Of a stretch of DNA of 64,000 nucleotides, positions 1 through 12,388 are shown piece after piece. Location of the stretch: NCBI RefSeq assembly GCF_009914755.1, contig NC_060935.1. One strand, written 5' to 3'. The stretch's first letter is position 1. Each line of letters begins with the position of its first letter. Below the pieces are notes generated by a model. It was not told the origin of the DNA. It made no database searches and saw only the letters and a list, made by a program, of their open reading frames with translations. The DNA comes from the human T2T-CHM13v2.0 reference genome, Homo sapiens. The translations under genes and the position numbers were made by a program.

Positions 1-3000
1 GTGTGAACCAGGGCCCTGGAGGGGGCCTGTCTCCATGGTAACACAACAGCTTGGGGGCACTGGCTACCCTGGCCCATGCCCCATTGAAATCATCCTCACC
101 CCCTCTGGGTTTTAGACTTGCCCAGCCTCAGGTCCTCCACTGTGTCCTGGCCTGTGGGGAGATCATTCGATCTTCAGTCCGGACTCTAACTCAAGCCCAG
201 GATGCAGGCCAGGGAGGCCCGGGCATGTGCCGATGGGGCAGGCTTTGGGGAGGTAGGTGGGAGGAGAGAGGTTGTTGGTGAAATGGGTGGACACAGTCAG
301 GCCTCCTTGGACCTTCCCACACTCCAGCCCTGGCCTCTAACCCAGGTGTTCCTCAGGGCATACCCTTGATCTGCCCTTTCAGCCACACCCCTAACTTCTG
401 CACCTCCCTCACCCGCCATCAGCCTCTTCCCCTAACTTGTGCCCAGTGACTGGAGGGTTGGCCTGGACAATCTAGTGGATCCTTCACCTTGAGAGAAGAG
501 GCCCGCTGTGCCAAGGCCCCCTGCCCTGCATGCTCCCAAGTCACGACCTGCCTAGTGGAGTGTCTGTAGGGAACAGAGCCCACTAACAGGTGGGACAAAA
601 GAAGGCTTCAAGCACTACTACTCCCAGGGACAAGCTCACAGAGGGCTGGGGGCAGGGCAGGCAGCCTTCAGGACCTAACCTCTGTCCCAGTGGTTCCCTC
701 TCTGGCCTTGCTTACCAGCTCACTGCAAGGTCACCTCTCCCTCCCTCTCTCTTTTCCTGCCGCTGTCCTGCCTGCCCACTGCAACGCTGACCCCTGCAGG
801 CCTGCTGGGGCCTGCCTGGCCTGGGGACAAGCAGTCCGAGAGAAACAGGGACTTCAGGATGAACCAGAGGGTGAAGGCTGAGGGCAGGAAGAGGCCGTGA
901 AGTCTGGGAGGGGGCAGAAGGGAGGCTGCAGGTCTGGTCTAGGGAGGCTGGACAGAGTGTGGAGCTGGAGCCTGGGTGTGCATGGGAGGGGGCTGGTCTG
1001 GGTTCTTCACTGGACTCCGATTATTTCCCACAGTCCTTTTCTTCATTCACAATAGATCAGGGAACCAAGGGCCTGGGGGCCTGAGGCCCAAGTAGGGAGA
1101 GAACCACACCTGTCAGGTAAGGTCCTCACAGTAGCTGAGCCCTTAGGGACCTGCATAGTAAGTGGGATGAGGGAGGGAGTACCACAGGGATCTTCTGGAA
1201 CCAGCATGAGGCAAAGGGGAGCAGGAGAGGACAGATTTTTTTTTTTTTAAGGATTGGGCCGCAGGTGTTCCTGAGAGTGGGATGAGAGGATCAGGATATA
1301 AAAGGCACTGGCCCCTGGGAGACCAGAGGGGAGGGGAGGGGTGGCCTGAGTTACACATAAATCAATTTGCATATCTCAGTACCAACCAGTACCAGCCAAG
1401 GGGAGATGGGGAGGCAGAAATGGGGGACACAGAGCCCTGGCTTGGGGAGCTGAGTCTAGGGAGCCTTGGGGGAGCTGGGGGGAAGGGAAATCTGACCTGG
1501 AACTATAGAGCCTACAAAGGTGGGCAGGGATGCCAGAGGGCAGAGGCCAGAATGAGATCTTTGACTCCTCAAGGACCCCAGATGACTAGGCTCAAAGGCA
1601 GACTGTGCCCTCTCCAGCCTATGTCTGACCCCACCCAGCCCAATGCCCACACCGGAGAGGAGTCAGCCTCAGGCCAGCCCCTTTCCCAGTCACAGCTGCC
1701 CTACCACAGGCACTGGTGGGTCCCGCAGCTGCAACTGGGGTGGGCAAGACAGGTCCCAACTGCAGCCAGAGAGGCCCATTCAAGGAGGGGGTGAGGGAAG
1801 AGTTGAGGGCTGCCAGCACACCAGGGATGGTACTGGACTCCAGACCCTTTGCCTAGAAGATGCCAAGCACGTCAAGCTGGCCTCCGTGGTGAGGGCAGAG
1901 GTGCTTGGAGGAGTGGTGATGTCATGGTGCCCAGGCATGGGAGGAAAGAGGAGGGAGGGAGAGGGGAGAGGGCACAGCCCCAGGCCAGTGGCCTAACAGG
2001 CCAGAGGGGAGGCTGCCAGCCTGGTGGGCGAGGGGATGGATAGTGTCCTTATTTCTTCCCTACCTTCCATCCTCATACCCCAGAGCTGGCTTCTGAACTA
2101 AGCTACTGGCTTCTAAGAAGGTGAGCAGAGCAAGAGAATACTCCTGCCACGGGCCATGGGCTGGAAGCCGGCGGCCTCTTCGACGAAGATGCCAGGGTAG
2201 GTGACCTAGGTCCAGACAGATGAGGGGAGGGCTCTCCACAGGCAATGCCCCTTCAGCCCTCACCTAGAGGACATTCAGAGAAGGGCGCAAGGTTCCAGAG
2301 AAGGAGACTGAATCTCTCACCCTCATATCCAAGTGCTGAGTGAGGGCAGTGCCTGGCGCCCAGTGGGTCGTCCTCAATATCGACTGGACTGAAAAGAATC
2401 GATGGGGGGTGGGAGCCGATTCCTCAGGACGCAGGGACAGGCTGAGGCTGCCCCTAGAGGGGAAAGAGCAAATGTGGGGCTAGGGCAACAGTGGGCAAAG
2501 CCAGCACCCACTGGACTGCCTTCAGGAGCCTCAGGGCTGCAGGCTCCTTCTGTGCAGGGTCTTAGAGCCCTTCCTTCCCTACAGCACCGCCGCCCCCAGG
2601 AGGCTGGCAGGAGGGAGCCTGGAGGCTCTTCGTTTGGGAGCACATCCTGGGCTGGGGAGTCGTGCTTTTAGCATCAGAGAGAAGCCCAGAAACAGACCCT
2701 GATGCCAGAACTGGCAGACTGGGGGTGCTGGGACTGGGTGGAGCACCCCAGGTGGGAGCGGGGATGGAGCCTGGGCAGGAGCTGCAGGGGACCTGCCTAC
2801 AGGTGGGCACTGGGTGAGGAGGCATCAGGAGCCAAGGAGGAAATGGCAGAGCAATTTCCGAGGAAGACGGGAAGATTCTTCGGCTTTGGCTTAGAGGATA
2901 CCAAGCAGACAGTGGGCTCCCAGGCCACTCCCCTGGCGGGCGAAGCAGAAGGCAAAGGAGTTCGGCCCTCCCCCACCCCAGGACGGGAGAGAGTTTGGGG

Positions 3001-3658
3001 TTGTTTGCTTCCCCCTCCCCAAACCTAGGAGAACATTCTCTTGGCACCCCCATTCTCATGAGCCCCTGCTCTCTTTCCCTTCAGGCACCCCCGTCTCACC
3101 CATCAACGCCCCTGCAGTTCCCCACCCCCCAGAACCTCCCTGCCCAGCTGCCGCACCAGATTCCCACTTGCCCCCTGGCACCCTCTCAATTCACAGTTGG
3201 CACTGCGATGCCACTCCGCTCCCCTGTGCCCGCAACCTTGGCCAAGAGCTGCCGGGATCCTCGCCCTGGGGTCCGCCAGCGCTGGCACCCCCGGGGCACC
3301 GGTGCTGGGGAGCCTCGGGTGCCTCTGAGGGCACTGCCCGGCTCCCACAGGGGCAGCGGCTCCTCGCTCCGCCACACACGTTGTCCTTGGGCTGTTGAGG
3401 GGTGGGGGAGAGGTCCTTGTGGGGACACTGCGAAGCCGGTCCCAGACATCCAGCCTGGCAGTGTCCAGACTGCGGGGGACCGGGGTCCGAGCCGCTGCCG
3501 CTCGATCCCGCGCCCCCGGGGCTGGGATGACCCCTGGGGGAGCCCGTGCGGCTCCGGGCGGACAACAGCCCCAGGCTGGGGCTCCGAGACGGCGTCCGGC
3601 GCTGCCGCTGTCCTGCCCGCCGGTGCGGGGCGCCCCAGCCCGCCGGGGCCGCGCTTAC
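1..3658 (-). other. SYT7: SYT7 intron 1 (5' portion)
   Basis: Lies downstream of the GTAAGC donor on the minus strand; SYT7 exon 2 sequence (APSRDVLLVSAII) not seen in the window. Confidence 0.85.
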
Positions 3659-3689
3659 CTGGGCTGGCCGCCTCCGGGTCCCGGTACAT
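3659..3689 (-). CDS. SYT7: Synaptotagmin-7 first coding exon (MYRDPEAASP-G, 31 nt, phase-1 intron follows; rest of gene lies left of the window)
   Basis: Minus-strand GGGACC-ATG-TAC-CGG-GAC-CCG-GAG-GCG-GCC-AGC-CCA-G|GTAAGC; matches the recalled SYT7 N-terminus MYRDPEAASPGAPSRD; canonical donor at 3658; inside a CpG island. Confidence 0.95.
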
Positions 3690-3721
3690 GGTCCCCTCGT
3701 CGCCGGTTCCCTCCGGGCTCC

Positions 3722-3769
3722 TCAGAGCCGCCCGCGGCCGCGCGCTGCTCCGCCGCCGCCGCTGGGCAT
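3722..3769 (-). other. Upstream ORF in SYT7 5' leader (MPSGGGGAARGRGRL*)
   Basis: Minus-strand ATG at 3769 in weak context (CCCCATGC), TGA at 3724-3722, out of frame with and ending just upstream of the main ATG at 3689. Confidence 0.55.
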
Positions 3770-4934
3770 GGGGCCGGGCGACCCCCGGGGGCGGGTCCGA
3801 GGGCGGGGGCCGAGCGGGCTGCACCTAGCCGCGGAGCCGGGGAGCGGGGGCCGCCCGCCAGCCCTCCCGCCCGCCCGCGGAGCACGCTGCCGCCGCCGCC
3901 GAACAGCGCCGAGCCGCCTCCCTCCGGCCTGCGCGCCGCGTGTGCGCGCCGGAGCGTGTGTGTGTGTACGAGGCCGTGTGTATGTGTGTGTGTGAGCGCG
4001 TGTGTGAGCGCGCCCGGGGCACCGCCGGCGCCGCCCGCCAGCCGCCGAACGCCGCGGCCACAGCCACCGCCTGCGCCCGCTGCCGGCCGCGCGCCGCACT
4101 GCACCCGCGCCCGCCGCCGCCCGAAGCCGCCCCGAGGGCACGGCCGCCGCCCCGCGCCCCGCCCGCCTCGCAGTCCCCGCGGGGAGGGCCGCCGAGCCCC
4201 ACGGCCGGGCTCGTCCGGCCAGGGGATCCGGCTCCGCTGCGCGACCCACCCCCAGCCCGTGCTCCCCCGATGGCCGCGGCCTGGCACCGGGCAGGGCCGC
4301 AGAGCCGGCCACCTCCTCCGAGGTGCCCTTTGGCTCCGATCCAAAAGGCGTGGAGATCCACTCCGGGTTTTCCGCTTGCTGGCGGCTCGAGGGCGTCAGC
4401 TCCGGACTCAACACCGCGGCGGTCCGGGGCAGACGGACTGGTGTGTGCAAAAACCAGGAGTGGAATTTTTGGCAGCGCTGAGCCTGGGTCCGCCAGTCCG
4501 GTCTTTCTGCAAGCTCGCACACAGGTGGAGCCGAAAGGGCTAAGATCCCTGCCCTCGGTAGGAGGTTTGGCCTAGTGACCCTCCTCACCTAACCCAGCCC
4601 CACGAAAGAAGAAAATAGACTTTTCAGCCTCTGGCTATCCCTCTATAGCAGCAGCTCCTCCTCTGATCCTCCCCTCTATTCCTTGACCCTAGCACTTCGG
4701 AGGGTAGGAAGGAAATCCCTCCTTCTCCTTCCAACCCTGGACCTCTCTTGGTCCCCTCTGCCTCTCTGCCGGCTCAGCACAGTCTAAATCAGGTGAACAC
4801 TCATTTCTCTACAGAATTTGGATGATTTGATTCTGGGGCAGGGAGGAGAAGAGACCTGTCTCCTAAGGATAAGAAAAACCCAGAAATGAACCATTAGTGG
4901 TATGGTAGGCACAGAGACCTCCCTGCACACACCT

Positions 4935-5040
4935 ACACACGTAATCACCTACATACACACACACACACACACACACAGACATGATGCCCCCCACACACAC
5001 ACCCACACAGACATGCTGCCCACACAAAGAGACACATACA
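4935..5040. repeat. (CA)n-rich microsatellite
   Basis: acacacacacacacacacacacagac and degenerate flanks. Confidence 0.85.
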
Positions 5041-5814
5041 CTGACGCTCCCCACAATACAGGTGCTGCCCCTACCCTTCACTGATGGGTCAGGTAAGAGG
5101 GCAAAATCCCTGGGTCTGTGGCAGCATCCTGCCCTCCCCTGTGCTGAGAATGCAGTTTGCAGGTGAGCCAGGCTTCCTAGAGTCAAGGATTATTATTTCC
5201 ACCCTGAGAAATCCACTTTTGCTGGCTTTATACTGCACTACTCATGCCCAGCCACACCTCCACCTGCCCACAGTGTGGAAGGCAGCCAGGAACAACCCTC
5301 TATCTCAAGTCTCCCCGACACACACACAAACAGACCCCATCCCCTTGAAATCACATGGAGGCTATCCCCAACAACCACCACACACACACATACACACATA
5401 CACATTCACCTCCACCTACAGCTTTTCCGGTTGAGAAAAAGATAAGGAAGTTCCCCCAGCAAACCTCCATGAAGACTGTTCCAGTGGAGAGCAGATTTCC
5501 TGGGAATGAATGTTCTACATAAAAATGGAAGGAAAAAAGGCATCGTAGGTTAAGGCCACAATTCCTCAGTGGCCAGAAATCTCAGCCCTCACCCTCTGGG
5601 GAAGGGCCATCCTATTCCATACACCTCACAGCTGTCTTCCCCCCACTCACCCAAGTACAGCCAAGAACCCAGGAGTTATCTACACTCTGCTTTGGGACCT
5701 GGCAAACCCCAGAAAGCTAAGCCAACAGGCTGGGACTGCAAGGTCTGCAACCTTGGCTCATTCCCCCACCCACCCCAGCTGCCTCTCTCATTACCCTAGT
5801 AAAGAGTAAACAGG

Positions 5815-6105
5815 GGCTGGGTATGGTAGCTCACACCTGTAAGCCCAGCACTTTGGGATGACGGGGCGGGAAGATCACTTGAGCCCAGGAGTTGAGACCA
5901 GCCTGAGCAACATGGTGAGACCCCATATCTACAAAGAAAAAAAAAATTAGCCCAGTGTAGTGGTGCGCCCCTGGGGTCTCAGCTACTCGGGAGGCTGCGA
6001 CGGGAGGATGGCTTAAACCCAGTAGTTTGAGGCTGCAGTGAGCCATGATTGCACCACTGCCCTCCAACCCGGGCAACAGAGTGAGCCCGGTCTCAAAAAA
6101 AAAAA
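5815..6105 (+). mobile_element. AluJ-type SINE
   Basis: Alu dimer with A tail; degenerate TSD AAAGAGTAAACAGG / AAAGAGCAAATAGG. Confidence 0.9.
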
Positions 6106-6975
6106 GAGCAAATAGGGCACCCCTCACCCTCCCACAACAGATGGGCACACAGACAGGTTCCCTGCTGAGGAATCTCCCCACTCCAGATCCCTCCACCCAT
6201 CAATCTGAAAGTCCAGAGAGGGAGAGCAGAATTCCTCATCACCACCACTCAACAGGTCTTTACTAAGCATCTAAAGTTTTTCAGAGTTGACAGAGAGGAC
6301 ATCTGAGAGATGCCCCAGGCTGCCCCTTGCAAGTGTCAGGTGATGAAGGCAAGGCCTCTAGAAGAGAAGGAACTGACCCAGGGAGCTAAAGGCCCCGGAG
6401 CCAGCACCCTGGGGAGCTGGTGAGAGAACCTGGAGTAAGAATCACTCTGGTTGAGACTCCCAGCCCTTTGCTAACCACTGTGGGATTCATGAGGAGACCC
6501 AGTGCTTGCTCCCATCTGAGGGCTTATAGCCTGTTTCTTACAAGAATACGAAGCCCAGTCTCATCCTCTCCTCACGGGCATTAGACGGTCCTTGTTCCAG
6601 GATGTCAGAGCTGGACAGCTCCTCAGACACACAAGAGAAACGCCATGAGATATAGTTGTGCAAACTGCGGCTCTGGGGCATTGGGAATCTTGGGTAGTTT
6701 TTAAATTCCTGCCTGCAGCATTGACACAGAAAAAGCTTTGAAGACACCCCTTCTCTGGGCCTCAGTCACTTTGTTTAGGGGACGCAGAGTCATGGGAAAG
6801 AGGAAAGAATACAGATTTATGTGGCGCTGCCATCATTGCTGTGTTTACCCTGGGCAGACACCTCTGGGCCTCAGTTTCCTTGTCTCTACAATGGGAATAA
6901 TAACACCTATTTCCTTTGACTATTGTTAAGTTTAAGCATGGTGAAAAAATCAAATCACTTAAAATGATACTTGGG

Positions 6976-7314
<339 letters not shown>

Positions 7315-7515
7315 TTATACTTTTTGAATGCCTTTATTATTATTGTTGTTGCTATTTGTTTACCCTTAACAGAGACGACACATACTCCCCATTCCCATGT
7401 GTTGCCTGTCAGGAAAGTTCTTCCAGATGTCTAACCATGAACCATTCTGCTGCATTAGAAGGCTAATCTCTCCTGCTGGAATATCGATGAGAGCCGAGCC
7501 AACTGTGAGCTTCTA

Positions 7516-7566
7516 GGAGCTGCTGGGCTCCTTGACCCTGCCAGCCTGAGCGCCAGAATCCAATCC
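7516..7566 (+). repeat. 51-bp direct repeat, copy 1 (copy 2 at 11060-11110)
   Basis: GGAGCTGCTGGGCTCCTTGaccCTGCCAGCCTGAGCGCCAGAATCCAATCC; 48/51 identical to copy 2. Confidence 0.9.
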
Positions 7567-10429
7567 CAATTCTTTTCTGAGTACTCACGGAGAACTGGGT
7601 AGAGGCAGTAAATGGAGCCTGCAGGAGTGAGCAGGTCCTCTGAGGAAAAAGATCAGAGGCTGTGAATCACCCCTGCCCTGCCCTTGGGTCTTGTATCTCA
7701 TTGGGGAGGGCCTGAGCCTCTGGGCATTCAGCTTCTCCCCTTCCAGCCCCTACAGAAGGGGGGCCCAAAGAGGCCCTCTCATTCTGTTTCGTTGCTGGTC
7801 CCCTGTCCTGGGTTCCATGACGTGGCAGGAAATGCGGGCAGCACCTGATTCCCCAAGGACTGCCCTGCTGTGTGCTGCAGACCCTTCAGGCCTGTTTCCG
7901 ATCTGGCACCATCCTCAGGGCCAGGAGTCCTGGGTCGGCTTCAGGGAGGGACATTCTGTCCCTCAGGAGCAGATGCTGGGCCTGCACTCTCCCAAACAGG
8001 GCCCCTGATGCTGCCTGGCTCTGTTGCTAGGCCATGGCTAGGAGGCAGGGCTCCTGAGTTCCCCTCTGGCCTCTACCTGGCATGGTCTTCATTGTTGCTG
8101 TCTCCCCACAGTCCTTTCCCCCTACCCCCACCCCCTTGGCTATGGGCTGAATTATTAATAAAAATGCTGAGGAAGCTGTTTGTGCAGCTCACGTGACAGA
8201 ACAAACACACCTCTCTCCTTGCCATCATCCATGTGGCAAGAGACTCAGGCTGAGCATTCGCCTGATTCAGGAGGGACAGGCTTAGACCAGCTGGAAGTTG
8301 GCTGTGCAGGGCAACAGCAAAGCCCACTGGTGGTGACCGGCCAGGAGTGAGGACTTGTTCTGTCATCCTGTACCTTCTCCTACCCCCTAGACTTCCCCTT
8401 CCTCCTCTGCAGAGGACAAGAGTCTGGAGAAGATAAAAGTATAAAGTTAACAGATATCTCCACCCCAGAAAGGACATGAGAGCAAACTACTAGGAGGCAG
8501 CTGCAGCCATCTCTATACCCACCTCATCACCATCAATACTTGCTGATCTATTGCCTCCTCTCGCCAGACCCAGTAACTACCAGATCTCAGAGGCCCACCC
8601 AGAGTCTATGCTTGTCACACTTCTGCCAGGTTCTGCTTTGGGGCCCTGGTGCTAAAAGACAGGGTTTGGACCCCAGCATCAAGGGAAGAATCTGAGACTC
8701 GAACTCGGGTCCTACCTCTGCCTGTTTCTCTGTTTGGCTTTGGCTGGTTACTTGACATCTCTGGGCCTCAGTTTTCTCATCTGTAAAATAAGGCTAAGAA
8801 TTGCTCCACACAAAGATGTGAGAATACCCTGGGGAGATGGCAAGGGCTGGCTGTCTTTCCTGGTTCCCTAGGGGTAACCCCAGGCACCAAAGACCCTGCT
8901 GCAAGCTGACTTTCCATAGCTATAGGCCCCCAAGGGTCTCTCAGGCCATGTTACAGGGCCAGAAACCATATTCCCACCTCACCCTCACCCTATCTGTCCT
9001 CCCACACCCCTTCACCCTGTAACCTCTTCATCCAGATTCTGGCTCTCAGTCTCTCTCTTCTCCATGGTCACCCTGACACTCCCCAAGTGTTTGGCTCAGC
9101 CCCTCAAATCCCTCACCACCCTTAAAAGATTGAAGTTGGTATTCCTTCTTCTGCCTTGGGACAGCCCCAGGCTTGGGCAGAAGTTTGGCCTTGGGCCTCT
9201 GCTCTGAGACATTCCCTACCCCTTGGGCAGCTCTGGGACCCCTGAGACTGACTGAGGGCCATGGGGGCTACTGAGATCCCCTTCCTGGGATGCACTGTGG
9301 AAGCACCTCAGTTTGCTGATTACTAGGTGAGTGACCCGGGGTCAGCCCCTCAGTCCTTCTGAGCCTCATTTTACCAGTCTGTACCATAGGATGTTGTTTT
9401 TTAATCTTGACTGGGTCTTGGACCCCTGTGAAAATCTAATGAAGTCAGTGGACCTCTCCTCCCTAGAAAAGTGCATATACAAACACAGACACAACATTTT
9501 GCCCATAATTGGGTGTGTGTTTGGGGTGGGGGTCCTTCGGGTTCCAGATGAAAAGCCCCTGGCCCAGAAGCCTGCAAGACTGCTTCCAGCTGTCAGTCTG
9601 AACCCAGTTCTCTGCCCTCCCCATCCTCTCCGCAGTGACTTTTGGGTGTGGGGGAAGAGGGGACAGTTAGGGAGGTGGGTTGCTGGTCTATCCACACCTT
9701 TTCTCCCTCCTGCCTCAGTGGGCCCCTCCCCCAGCATTTCCTGTGGCTGGTGCCAGCTTGTCTGCAGCTCAGACCAGCATTTCAATCCCTCTTGGAACCC
9801 ACTGAACTGGCTTCACCTGCCTTTCAAGGTATTTAAAGGTTCTTTGACCAAATGCTTTTTGATCCTCCGCTGATGGGAACCAAGCAGAAGCTCTTTCGCC
9901 AACTGTCCCCCCTCCCCCCACATGATTAGTCTCTAAGAGCTCTTTTGATATTGCAGAAACCTTCTGTGGTTTGTTCAAAGCCCTGGGCCTTTCAGCCACC
10001 TCCCCCGGGGACTCAGGCCAGTCAGCTCCAGCCTCCACCACCCATACCCAGGGGTGGCCTAGTTAATGGGGGCCTCCCAGCGCTGAACGACTCTGGCCTG
10101 AGTTGGAACCCCAGACCCGAGCCCAGCTGGTAGAGCGGTCAAGCCCCGCTCCTCTCAGGGAGCCCAGGCCGAGTCTGGTAGTGTGGGGTGGGGGACCTGT
10201 TCCCCAGCCTTCAGCGGGCCGTTACTCTTCTTCCCGCCCAGCTGAGGCTGCACAGACAGGCATGCAGGCCCACGATGATAGCAATTGACCTGTTTCCAGG
10301 TCTGAGGCTGAGGCTGAGAAGGGGAAACTGAGGCTCTGAGAAGTCCAGGGTTCAGGCCTTGGTGTGTGAGAGGGCAGGAGCCAGAATCCACCAACCCAAG
10401 ACCTGCTCCAGCAGCCCCACCCCAGCCAG

Positions 10430-10770
10430 CACCACTCGCCGCCCGCGCTCCTGGTCCTCCAGGGCCGCGCAGAAGGCGCGCCTGGGCTGAGTCCCAGCTG
10501 CAGAATTCCTGGGGGGCGGGGGACGAGGCGTCTCCGCTCTTAATAGCTGAGCGCCCGCAAACGCCCGGCCTGGGCTCGAGGCCTGCCCCTCCAGCGACGG
10601 GCGCCCCCAACATTGAAGTCTTTCTCTGCAACTTGGACGGACCCACCCCGAGCGCCCCGAGTATCCGGCCCGGGGCAGAGATGCGCGTGCGCGGAGGGGG
10701 TGCCGCGGAGCCCGCGTGAGCAGACAAATTACCGCGGACCTGAGAGGACCCGTCCACGCCGGCCCAGAGG
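10430..10770. promoter_or_regulatory. Second CpG-rich island upstream of SYT7
   Basis: Local CpG enrichment outside any Alu (gcccgcgc, gggcgccc, gatgcgcgtgcgcgg). Confidence 0.7.
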
Positions 10771-11059
10771 GAGGAGGGGGACGGTACACAGATGGGGGGG
10801 CGGGGGACATGACTCTCTGAGGGATCCCCAACCCCAGGATTGAGGCCCCACCCTCTGCCCTAACTGGAGTTGAAGACCTTAGTGGGGGTGGGGCCTATCC
10901 CTCGCAGGTGGAAGGGTGATCTGCACCGGGAGAGCTGTGACTGTCCCGGTTCCGCGATCCCTGGCTCTGGGCTCAGGAGGATGACGGGAGGGGCCCCAGC
11001 ACTCCGAGAGCTGGGCGAGTTCAGGTGGCCAGGCCCTCTCCCTCACCAAGGCCTCTGGG

Positions 11060-11110
11060 GGAGCTGCTGGGCTCCTTGGTTCTGCCAGCCTGAGCGCCAG
11101 AATCCAATCC
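11060..11110 (+). repeat. 51-bp direct repeat, copy 2
   Basis: GGAGCTGCTGGGCTCCTTGgttCTGCCAGCCTGAGCGCCAGAATCCAATCC. Confidence 0.9.
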
Positions 11111-11264
11111 TGCTCTATAATAATCATCAGAGCAGCCGGCAGCACTTACTGAGCTCCGAGGGACTGCCAGGCCCGGGTGCCAAGTGCATAACACGCATTA
11201 TCCCGCTTAATAGTCACAGAAGTCCCGTTGTGATCCCCTTAGGAAGGTGAGAGGGTTGAGGCGA

Positions 11265-11312
11265 GGGGCGTGGCTTGTCAGGGGCGTGGCTTGCCTGGGG
11301 CGTGGCCTGCCA
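11265..11312. promoter_or_regulatory. Three tandem 16-bp units each carrying an SP/KLF box GGGGCGTGGC; candidate alternative promoter
   Basis: GGGGCGTGGCTTGTCA-GGGGCGTGGCTTGCCT-GGGGCGTGGCCTGCCA. Confidence 0.7.
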
Positions 11313-12069
11313 GAGGACGGGCAGCCGGCAGGGTGGAGGGACAGGTGGGAGTCACGCCAGCTCCAACCAGGTCTAGAACCCAAACCTTCAACCCCTGAGC
11401 TTTCCTGCCTTCGAGTCCTCGGAGCTCTCCTGGAGGCTGAGCAGGCAACAGAGCCTGCTCCTCAGCTGGATGTGGCCCGTGGGAGGTGAGGGGGCGCAGA
11501 GGCCGGGCGCCCTGGAAAGGAGGAAGAATGAGGGACCCCCAGCTCCGTGGCTGCTTCATTTCCTGCTCTCTTCCTGCTCCCACCCCTCCCAACGGTGGGC
11601 GTACCCCAAGGCTCCGTCCTCTCTTCCCTCTTCTTTCTCACCCACTCTCTTCGTGACCTCATCCACGCCCACGGCCTCAGCTTTTGCTTCATCCCCATTC
11701 CCAGCACTGTCTCTGGGGCCCTGACCTCCCTCCCAAGCTCCGCAGCTGTGTACTTAGTGAAGCCTCTCCACCAGGTGGAGGAAACATCACCTCCCTGGGG
11801 TCACCCCACAGCTGCTAAGGCCCCATCACTCTCTCAAGCTCCACATCGGTTCCCCAAATCCTCCCACTGCTCTTCCCCCACACCTAATTACTGTCCATAT
11901 CCTTCAGACCCTTTTCTCTTCCCAGCCTCTCACACCCTGTTCTCAGACTCCTGAGCCACCTCCCTAAGTCAGACACTCAAGCCGATCAGCCTCCGCCTCA
12001 CCTGGCTCCTGCCCAGTCGCTTGCCTCCCCCAGTCTTTTCCATCCAGTGCCCTCCCTCCTCGTGGTTTT

Positions 12070-12388
12070 CTTTTCTCTTTTCTTTCTTTTCTTTTTTTTT
12101 TTTTTTTTTTTTTTTGAGACAGAGTCTTGCTCTGTCACTCAGGCTGGAGTGCAGTGGCAGGATCTCAGCTCACTGCAACCTCCATCTCCCAGGCTCAAGA
12201 CATTCTCGTGCCTTGAGCCTGAGTAGCTGGGATTACAGGCGCCTGCCATCATGCCTGGCTAATTTTTGTGTTTTTAGTAAATACAGAGTTTCGCCATCTT
12301 GGCCAGGCTGGTCTAGAGCCCAAATGATCCGCCCATCTTGGGCCTCCCAAAGTGTTGGGATTACAGGCATGAACCACCTCGCCCGGCC
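12070..12388 (-). mobile_element. Alu SINE
   Basis: Poly(T) then reverse-complement Alu. Confidence 0.9.

Larger units (their letters stand above)
3270..4510. promoter_or_regulatory. SYT7: CpG island / SYT7 promoter and 5' UTR, GC boxes, (TG)n tract near 3940-4010
   Basis: Very high GC and CpG density, GGGCGG/CCGCCC boxes, GCC runs surrounding exon 1. Confidence 0.9.

Noticed and set aside
3690-3824. In-frame GTG-initiated 45-aa N-terminal extension of SYT7
   Set aside because: The GTG directly follows an in-frame TAG in poor context (T at -3, C at +4); no supporting evidence
2995-4588. Long overlapping ORFs of 211-382 aa on both strands across the CpG island
   Set aside because: Stop-poor GC-rich DNA; low-complexity Pro/Arg/Gly/Ala translations with no recognisable domain; only 3659-3689 matches a known protein
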